Shown one piece after another: positions 56,526 through 64,000 of a stretch of DNA of 64,000 nt. Each line of letters begins with the position of its first letter. Positions within the stretch are counted from its first letter, which is position 1. Source of the DNA: Cyanidioschyzon merolae (Eukaryota); NCBI GenBank assembly GCA_000091205.1, contig AP006491.2; one strand, 5' to 3'. The position numbers were made by a program, and so were the translations under genes. Below the pieces are notes generated by a model. That model worked only from the letters and a program-made list of their open reading frames with translations. It ran no database searches and was not told where the DNA came from.

Positions 56526-58154
56526 TCACATGCAACCGCGCTGCGCCGCGAGACGCCCAGCCAAGTCTTGTAATGCCGTCTCGAGAAAGCGGGCGAGTTC
56601 TGCATAGGTGACGATGAGGCGCGAGCGCCCATCCCTCGAATGCAACAGCATGTGCTCCTCGGTGCGCGCATTGAGTCGCCGCAGCTCGTCTCGGATGCGT
56701 TCAAGATCGAGATCAGTGCCGTGAAAGACCCGATCGCGAAAGAGTTTCAGGAGGTACCGATCACCGACTTCGGACCACTGCGGGTCGCCGACGACATCCG
56801 CACGTTCCGTGACGGCGGCAAGTTTAGAGGCAACCACGAAAAGGTCTCCATCGGTGAGCTGTTCCTGTGCAATGGTTTCCAGCGCATCACCATGGTTCAG
56901 CGCATGCTCGTACGGGGACCACACGCGCGTCACAAGGATTTGATTCCACGCATCCGATGAGATTTGCGCGGGATTGGCCAGCATCTGTAAAAACTTTTCA
57001 ACATCGGCGGAGTAGAGCGCACGGATCGTCTCGATTGCTGCTCCAAGCGACCGCACTCTGCCTTCCCGAACCGCATGGGCATTCGAGCGGGCCGCCAGAG
57101 CCAGCAAGAGCTCGCTCAACGCTATCCAGTCTTGCTCCTGGTACTCGGGTACCCTGCTGAGTACCAGGTCCTCGTCATCGGGATCGAACGCAGCAGGTAT
57201 CCCGAGCTTGTTCAGTTTTAGGCGATTTGGCGCAACGACGAGGACGTGGTGTGCCCCGATCGCGCCGTACGCGCTCAGATGATACTGCTGATGCAACGCC
57301 TGTACAGCGGACACCAGTTGCAGTGCGAGCACCCAAAAGAGCTCCTCCGACAGGCTTGGAGTTTCCCCCTGAAAATAATATTCGAGTACCGTTTTTGCTG
57401 TGGGATACATATCGTATACGAAAATGAGCTCTCGGTCCGTTGCGTGTCCGTCTGCCCCGCGGCCATTCGCGGGCATGCCTGCTTCGCTCCCGGACGCAGC
57501 ACGTTGCCGATACAAGTCCAGTGCCGCGAACGCTTCCGTAGTGAACGCAGCTCGCAGCGCAACAATGTTCGGGTGACTGACCGCACTATAGCTCCGAAAT
57601 GCTCGGACAACGCCGTCGGAGCGGGCTAGCATCGGTCCCAGATAGCGTCGGAGTGCGTAAGCTCGCCCGTTCTCGGCTGAGACGGCTTTGTACACCACGG
57701 CAGTGGCCGACGGGTTGGTTGTCGGCTCTAGCGGAAGCAGCGAGTGGTATTCGCTGACGTTGAAAGGCAAGAGTGCTGGCGGGTCCCGTACGCATCGAAC
57801 GACGAGATCGCCAGCAAGTCGCCAACGGACTCGGAAGTCTTCTTCGAGGAAAGCGGTGAGCAGGGGTGTGTCTGCTGCCGCACGGGTGAGACGGCCACGC
57901 CTGGGCTTTCGTACACCGGCCGCCGTACCCCGTTCGTTCTGTTGTGTCGATGAAAATCCTTGAGCGGTTGGTCTCGCTGCGATCAGTCTCTCTCCCGAAA
58001 GTGTCAAGGCAGCCAAGTCTGGCTCAGTTGGTGCGTGCTCGGGTGCCCCAGACCCGGCAGGCACAAACTCCGCAGCGTCCACCGCGCTCGCGAGTTCGCT
58101 CTGACTGGTGTCCAGCGTTCCAGAAGAGCGTCCTCTCGTGTTTCTATTCCGCAT
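56526..58154 (-). CDS. PAN3: PAN3-like protein (PAN2-PAN3 deadenylase subunit; pseudokinase + C-terminal knob)
   Basis: The pseudokinase N-lobe reads 'AVVYKAVSAENGRAYALRRY...HPNIVALRAAF'. The C-terminal region 'YLLKLFRDRVFHG...LLHSRDGRSRLIVTYAELARFLETALQDL' closely matches the PAN3 knob consensus 'LLKLFRDYxFHQ...SRDExxxLVVxYxxLKxxFExxxQEL'. An N-terminal zinc finger is not evident, so the start is uncertain. Confidence 0.7.
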   Translation of the reverse strand: MRNRNTRGRSSGTLDTSQSELASAVDAAEFVPAGSGAPEHAPTEPDLAALTLSGERLIAARPTAQGFSSTQQNERGTAAGVRKPRRGRLTRAAADTPLLTAFLEEDFRVRWRLAGDLVVRCVRDPPALLPFNVSEYHSLLPLEPTTNPSATAVVYKAVSAENGRAYALRRYLGPMLARSDGVVRAFRSYSAVSHPNIVALRAAFTTEAFAALDLYRQRAASGSEAGMPANGRGADGHATDRELIFVYDMYPTAKTVLEYYFQGETPSLSEELFWVLALQLVSAVQALHQQYHLSAYGAIGAHHVLVVAPNRLKLNKLGIPAAFDPDDEDLVLSRVPEYQEQDWIALSELLLALAARSNAHAVREGRVRSLGAAIETIRALYSADVEKFLQMLANPAQISSDAWNQILVTRVWSPYEHALNHGDALETIAQEQLTDGDLFVVASKLAAVTERADVVGDPQWSEVGDRYLLKLFRDRVFHGTDLDLERIRDELRRLNARTEEHMLLHSRDGRSRLIVTYAELARFLETALQDLAGRLAAQRGCM

Positions 58155-60283
58155 GAAAGGGATCTATTGCTTACAAACGCAGAGAGTTCACTCTGACGGT
58201 GAACATGATCAAAACTGCTCGCTACCACGAAGTCCGGGGCTCACGCTGCCGCTACAGCAGAGCGCACCAGCGGCGCAGCAGCAGCAGCAGATCGTGGATG
58301 CGTGCGCGCAGGTGGCGCCCCGCCTCGAAGCATATACTCCATGAAAACGGAAGACTGAACTGCTCGCTGTGTTCCTGATATTCTTTTTCGTTTGTTTCCA
58401 AAGTTTTTTTTACTAGATACAAATCCACGACATACTCAGTGCAGTGATGAGGGACTAACGGACTCGTACGTAGATTTTGGATTTCCGGTGGTGTTTTCGG
58501 AGAGGCTCGTTCGATGTTTTGCCGCCGGAGTTCTGGACGTCACCGGGCTCAAGGTAATTCGGGAATTCATGGAATAAGGATTCGTAGAATAACCGATATC
58601 GCTATCCGATTCATTCGCACTAGCCTCAACGGTTGTCCCTTCCTTAAACGTAAGACGCTCGAATCACGCGCTCTTCAGATTACCGATCGATCTGTGTTGA
58701 AGCAACTCGCGCGCGCAGCAGTGCATGCCGTTTGGTTGACGACGAATACAAGTCGCTGTGCTCCCTTGGCGACTTGTTCACAAGCTCATGTCGTGTGTTC
58801 GTTGAACTTGTTATGTCTAATACTAGATTAAGTTCGGAAAACCAATCCTTTCCTCGTTGTGGCCTTCCGCCAAGCGGTGCGCATCAGCAGCATGATACCT
58901 TTTAAAAAATATGCTCACGGAGGCTGTCGTCTCTTCTTTTTACGTGGATGAGGGTCTTGGGCTCAGACTTTAGTCACTGTAGCGATCCCTTCGAGTCGAG
59001 ATCGTCGCAGGATCGAAATTTCTAGGCTTGAACTCCGGCCTGGATTCTCCTTCCGCTTCTTGTTCTATCATGCACAACATCGCATGCCACAAACCTTTTA
59101 TCGAAAGGAAGAGCGTACGCCTGTGCATGCAGCGAATGCAAAACTCGCCGAGGGGACCACGAAGAAAAAACCCGTGATTCCATTTTTTTCAATTTTTTAC
59201 AAAACGTTTACCCTGGTCGGTGATCCATCTACTTTCAAGTTCCATTACCCATACGTCTTCTTGCATATGCTGGTTGTTTCGTAGGTTCTATCGTGCGCGG
59301 TGGCTCCCGCTAGCGCCCACTGTAGCGCCTATTGCGTCGGTGCGGTCATAGCACGTAGACAGAACAGCCTAGGCTTACCATTGAACACGCTGCGACCAGG
59401 GCGATGCCCAGACGCAGCCTAGCTACCTTCACTCCCAGAATAAACTGCGTTGCGGACGAGTTGCTCAGATTTCACTAAAACACCTGCCACTGCTGAGTCG
59501 AACGGAGCACGAGCCTGGCAGACTCGCCCGGCTCGCGTGATCTTCTACCTATTACGTAAAATTTTTCCAATTCGGAAACCTTTTCTCTCCATTCGCGTTT
59601 TTTGTAGAGGGGCAAAGCAAGATACTTATATGCTCGTGAACCGTACGTCTGTGTTCTTTATTTTAAATAGCGCGCTCGATACGCGCACCTGGGCGATCAG
59701 GCCGTCACGAGATACGGCGCGAATATAGCCGTTGAAGGGAAACGCGACTAGGACAACGCGTTTTCCTGGTAGGGGACATGAGACTCCAGATTAGGTGCGC
59801 GCACTGTTGCTGGGGGCCTTGGCGAACGTATGACAACGGCATCGCATGGCGAAATAAAGTGTGTAGATCCAACGAACAAGTTGGATTCGCGATGTAGTCG
59901 TAGCAAGGCATAGTTTTCGGTTCATTCGTGTTTCAAACCTCAAACAAGTGTATTCAAGTGTTTTTTCCCACTATATGACATAAGCGTTCAAAAAGCGTTC
60001 TTTTTCAAAAAAAAAATAAAAAAGGAAAAGTTATCAAAATGCAAGTCGACGATCCTGGAGGCCAGGTGTCGCTGGCTGCCAGAAAAAAAAACAAAAAACA
60101 GTACCGAGTCCAGAAGAACGGGAGAAGACGAAGAAGCAAAGGTAGGAGGTCCTACGTCAAAGGCTGCAAGAAAGACGACACTATAACGAGCTGGTTGTGA
60201 AAGCCTGTCTTCTTGGACAGATCAAGGTTCCGTGCAAGAAAAAGTTATGAGGTGCCATTCGAAACCGTTTTGAGCCGAACTCC

Positions 60284-60825
60284 ATGACTGTAATAAACGC
60301 GTCGTCAGGACTGATGCATTTGGCGAAGGAGATGTATCGCGACGTGACGCACATGGAAACGGTCGAGATTCCGGACGAGTTCTTCGACTTGACCTTTATT
60401 CGTCACCTGATGCTTGCTACAGAGGAAACGCGAAAGGAAATGAGCGGGTTGACGCCCTCCACGAAAAACATCCCTTTTACAGCTTCAACGGTACTCGATA
60501 CAGGGATGATCGTCATATTTACATATACGGAACGATGAAGTACATCACGAACCTGAAGAACCATTCGACTATGAACCTCGAACGTTTCATGATACGCACC
60601 GTGTTTGCACGATACCCGTGCATCTCTCGCAAAGGAATATGGGCGATTATCACTGGCATCACGAACGATCGCAAGCATGAAGATGAGATCGATTTTGTCG
60701 ACAAGAAGGCGCCAAACGAGAGCACGAATGAAGCTTCTGTAATCCGTGCGGTTGTACAAGAGCACTGTCCAGTCTTGGGGATGCCGACTCCAGCAGAAAA
60801 GGCATCAGATATGAAAAAAAGATGA
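60284..60825 (+). pseudogene. element ORF1, copy B (disrupted)
   Basis: The sequences 'SSGLMHLAKEMYRDVTHMETVEIPDEFFDLTFIRHLMLATEETRKE' and 'MKYITNLKNHSTMNLERFMIRTVFARYPCISRKGIWAIITGITNDRKHEDEIDFVDKKAPNESTNEASVIRAVVQEHCPVLGM' sit in two frames. The N-terminal ATG of copy A is CTG here and is followed by an in-frame TGA. Confidence 0.55.
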
Positions 60826-60831
60826 TAAAAG

Positions 60832-61182
60832 ATGTTATCACCTCATCCTGCTCTATTTCGTATTCCTGAATCGAGAACTCGAACGCAAGGCGGAGATGAA
60901 GCTGAGAGAGGAAAACATGAAGAGTGGGAGGGACGGAAGGCTCTCCTAATGGGTAAGCGCTTCAATGGCGTTCTGTTGTGCACCATCAAGTCACATTTTG
61001 TGAGTATCGACTCCAGAATCCTTTACGGCATCATGAAGGAGATCTGTCCGAACTTCGATGTTAGTGGGGAGGGCTTCACCGGTGAAAACCGGGAGACGTA
61101 CTGGAAGCATATCTTCGATTTCAAACGTCTCAAAGTGAGCAAACAAAAGTACTCACTGGGACGATCGAAACCGATGGAGTAG
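60832..61182 (+). CDS. element ORF2, copy B (116 aa)
   Basis: The sequence '[49 protein letters not shown]...' continues through '[32 protein letters not shown]'. In copy A the equivalent region is interrupted. Confidence 0.35.
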   Translation: MLSPHPALFRIPESRTRTQGGDEAERGKHEEWEGRKALLMGKRFNGVLLCTIKSHFVSIDSRILYGIMKEICPNFDVSGEGFTGENRETYWKHIFDFKRLKVSKQKYSLGRSKPME

Positions 61183-62234
61183 CCATGTGTGTACACTATC
61201 GGCGGTTGAAGAAAGATCGTCCAGTTCCGCCCTCGGCTGCGCCCGTGACGAAGGATGAAGATGAGAAGGAGTCGGATCCTGCGACGCAGAAGGTGCAGCA
61301 TAACGACTTTGTCGTTGGCGCGGCGAAGCAGGGAGAAAAGAAGGAGGCGGATCCTGCGATGCAGAAATTGCAGGATAACGACTTTGTGGTAGGCGCGGAC
61401 CCCGGGAACACGAGTATCATAGCCATCTCAGTACCCAAGCGTGCGGAAGATGGCATTGACGGCAACTTGTGTCAGAAAGACATGCGACTTTTGAGGTTCT
61501 CGAGAGCCAGGTACTATCGAGAATCCGGTATCATGAATGCGAGGAAGAAAACTGAGGCATGAAATGCAGGAATGAAGGATCACCTGGAAGCTATGAGCGA
61601 GATGACGAGCCGCGGAGCGGACTTTCAAGCTTTTCGGGAGTTCATGGGAGGTCCGCGTTGCTCACTGGTATGCGCTGTGAAAAGAGTAGACCAAGCCCCG
61701 GTGGGCTCTTCTGTGTGTGAATCTGTACTGTGGGAAGCAGCGTGCATTCGCGAACTTTTTCAATGAGTAGAGTGCCCTCAAAGAGGATGAAAGTCAGAGG
61801 CTGGTAGTGGCGCATTGAGCAGGGCGCTGGAAGACCCAAAAAGGGACTACGCCAGCTCCAACGACAAGAACATACAAAGAGTGCGCACGGCGTTTCGTTA
61901 CAATACCTGTAGATGAGTTCCGAACATCGCATATACACCATGAGGTTGGGGGGGGGGGGGGTGCACACTTCAGAGAGTGGAGATGGAAAAGTGCCAGCGG
62001 AACCCTTAACATATGAAAAAGTACAGAGCGCTGACGGAAGAGCAAATGGAAAGGAGGGCGAACGTTCGTGGACTCCTTGCACTAGTAAGTACAACTACCA
62101 ACGGCAATAAACGGATGGAGTTCGTGAACAGAGACTTTAACGCAGTTATCAATGTAAGGAGATATGCGGTGATGGAACAGAGACCTCCAGAGTCGACACG
62201 AGAGAATTTTGTTGGACAACCTCTTAAGGTTTAA
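61164..62234 (+). pseudogene. TnpB/Fanzor-like nuclease, copy B (frameshifted; RuvC-I Asp retained)
   Basis: Frame 0 reads '[23 protein letters not shown]...DNDFVVGADPGNTSIIAISVPKRAEDG' (D retained). It carries an internal 66-bp tandem duplication of the 'DPAxQKxQxNDFVVGA' segment. The C-terminus lies in another frame: 'LTEEQMERRANVRGLLALVSTTTNGNKRMEFVNRDFNAVINV'. Confidence 0.6.
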
Positions 62235-62448
62235 CTATATGAGAAAAAATGGAAGCAGTAGTAGGTGGCCGGTCGAAAAAAACTGGTAGGCGTCTGCACA
62301 TCAGTCGGAGACTTCTTGTCTAGGGCGCAGGTCACCAGTACTGTATACCGCCGGTGGCAACGTTTTTCTTTTGAAAGGCGTTCGCTAGCAGCGTCCGAGG
62401 AAGTAGCAACCGCAGCGCGGTAGGCGTCAAGCCTGGTGGACGGGTCGA

Positions 62449-63675
62449 ATGACTGCCGCAGTTTCACCACTGGCCGGCGACGGAGGCTTTAAGGATCTCG
62501 AATGTGACGAACCTTGTACAGCGATATGTTTTACGGGAGAAGATTCCGTTCTTCTCGCCGGTCTGGTGGACGGAAGCGTGTGCACCTGGCGAACGTCTAG
62601 CGAAAACCTCCTCTGGAAAGGTGCTTTCCAGGAGCAAACCCACGCCTCCGTTCGGGTCGTTGTGGGAGGCCCACGACGGCGACTCGCTGCACTCGGTTTC
62701 TCAGACGGCGCTTTGGCTCTTGTGGACGTGGAAGCGTGTTGTTATCCGTGGAATATGCGACTGCCCCGCCGACGAGCTCGAGATTCCGTGACTGCCGCCG
62801 CTTTTCTGTCGCATGACGGCAGCGGAGCTGCGGATGACGCACAAGTCCTGGTATGTGGCACAGACCATGGTCGATTGCACTTCATTGATGTGCGGTTGAG
62901 TGAATCCTCGAACCCCGTGGTCTCCGTCCATAAACAAGAAGACTACATTTCAGACATTTGCACGGCAGGTTTCGAGCAGCCCCGGGAGGGCACTGCCTGC
63001 TGTCTGTTAAGCGCTTCAGGCGATGGTACCCTCGCGATCTATGATTGCAGGATGGGCAGCGAAGGCCAAAGAGTAGTTCGGCGTGCATTGTCCACGGCCT
63101 CGAATGACGAACTCTTGACCGTCGCGATGTTCGATAACTGCCGGCAGGTCGTCTGCGGAACCCAGCGTGGATTCGTGGACGTAATACAGTGGGGAAAATG
63201 GGACCAGCTTGCTTATCGTTTGCGGATACATCCGACTACAGTGAATACAGTGGTGTCCTTGGATGCACGGCTTGCGTTGACGGGTGCTGATGATGGCGTC
63301 ATTCGAGTCGTTCCCGTCGTTCCACAACCTACTGCGGAGGTTTTGGGTGAGAATTTTGAAGGCATGCCGGTTGAGGCTCTGGCCTTAAATGCGTCTCGCG
63401 AGCGGCTCGCAAGCTGTGGTCACTCAGATGTGATTCGGGTGTGGCACATCGCGAAGCACCTCAATACGGTCGCGCGTGATGGGTGCGCTCACAGCCGCGG
63501 GCATCCGATGGCATGCGAATGTCGTGGTTCGGATTCGGAGTGTTCTGGTTCGATATCATCTCCGGAGGATCACGGTGCCTCGGCACGTATTGAAGCGCCG
63601 CGCGTGAGCAAGAAAAGGCGGCGGAAGCACGAACATGTTCCTTCATCCGACGCATTCTTCGGCGACCTTCTGTGA
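62449..63675 (+). CDS. WD40-repeat protein
   Basis: A 408-aa ORF with an ATG start and at least five WD-like blades (for example 'LLAGLVDGSVCTW', 'LVCGTDHGRLHFIDV', 'LLSASGDGTLAIYD', 'LALTGADDGVIRV', 'LASCGHSDVIRVWHI'). The C-terminus is a basic KKRRRK tail. Confidence 0.6.
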   Translation: MTAAVSPLAGDGGFKDLECDEPCTAICFTGEDSVLLAGLVDGSVCTWRTSSENLLWKGAFQEQTHASVRVVVGGPRRRLAALGFSDGALALVDVEACCYPWNMRLPRRRARDSVTAAAFLSHDGSGAADDAQVLVCGTDHGRLHFIDVRLSESSNPVVSVHKQEDYISDICTAGFEQPREGTACCLLSASGDGTLAIYDCRMGSEGQRVVRRALSTASNDELLTVAMFDNCRQVVCGTQRGFVDVIQWGKWDQLAYRLRIHPTTVNTVVSLDARLALTGADDGVIRVVPVVPQPTAEVLGENFEGMPVEALALNASRERLASCGHSDVIRVWHIAKHLNTVARDGCAHSRGHPMACECRGSDSECSGSISSPEDHGASARIEAPRVSKKRRRKHEHVPSSDAFFGDLL

Positions 63676-64000
63676 GGCAACTCGATCGGATCAGAGTGCA
63701 TTCGTCATGAAGATGAAATACGGCACTAGGCGGATGACGACGGATATAATGCGAGCGGTTTGGCACCTCTGGACTACCGGGGAATGCTTTCCATGTGTAA
63801 TCTCTTCGCACGAAACAATGCAGCGAAAAGTCAGAGTGTCACACTGCGCGGTTAGGAGAACGCTGCGCGAAATCGCTGGTGCGCGCCGTCCACGAACGGG
63901 TGCTGCATGCTGCGGATACATGCGCGACTTCCGCAACGAGGCGCTGGATGACGCTCGTCCTTGTTTTGCTTCGCTTTTGGCAGGAGACGCGTAAGTCTCG

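Larger units (their letters stand above)
59590..62234 (+). mobile_element. Fanzor/TnpB-like element, copy B (decayed)
   Basis: The region aligns with copy A (25580..23095, opposite strand), including the 5' leader. ORF1 is interrupted by a stop and frameshifts. The nuclease region is split over three frames and carries a G13 homopolymer at 61939-61951. Confidence 0.6.

Noticed and set aside
55794-56573. A 259-aa plus-strand ORF overlapping the 3' end of the PAN3-like gene.
   Set aside because: It has no recognisable motifs, is Arg-rich, and is antisense to a well-supported gene. It is treated as a chance ORF.

Overview
This window is GC-rich (~60%), intron-poor nuclear DNA from a eukaryote. 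The housekeeping genes are unambiguously eukaryotic: a Rab GDI/REP protein, small Tim, a TFIIB-family factor, G6PD, PC4/Sub1, an Akr1-type ankyrin-DHHC palmitoyltransferase, B-type cyclin, an MSH6-like MutS homolog, endonuclease III, COQ5, YbeY, type-II glutamine synthetase, PAN3 and a WD40 protein. Diaminopimelate decarboxylase (DAP-pathway lysine synthesis) together with the GC content and lack of introns points, tentatively, to an oomycete or stramenopile-like organism. The supplied ORF track uses bacterial-style GTG/TTG starts, so I moved several gene starts to the first in-frame ATG. Long antisense ORFs are common here because of the GC content, and I rejected them. The most interesting content is a family of TnpB/Fanzor-like RuvC nuclease sequences (RuvC-II 'DEFRTS' and RuvC-III 'RDFNAASNI' motifs). 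There are two ~2.5 kb inverted copies of a three-ORF unit. Copy A (23.06-25.58 kb, minus strand) has an intact 357-aa nuclease ORF but N in place of the RuvC-I catalytic Asp. Copy B (59.6-62.2 kb, plus strand) keeps the Asp but is frameshifted. Two further decayed fragments, at 4.58-5.33 kb and ~18.0-18.26 kb, retain mainly the RuvC-III-coding 3' end. Between copy A and G6PD sits a 5'-truncated, frameshifted LINE-type reverse-transcriptase pseudogene. It is bracketed by an inverted pair of a ~110-bp dispersed repeat (R2/R3), and a third copy (R1) lies just upstream of the DAP decarboxylase start. A 101-bp x5 minisatellite and a 58-bp tandem repeat are also present.
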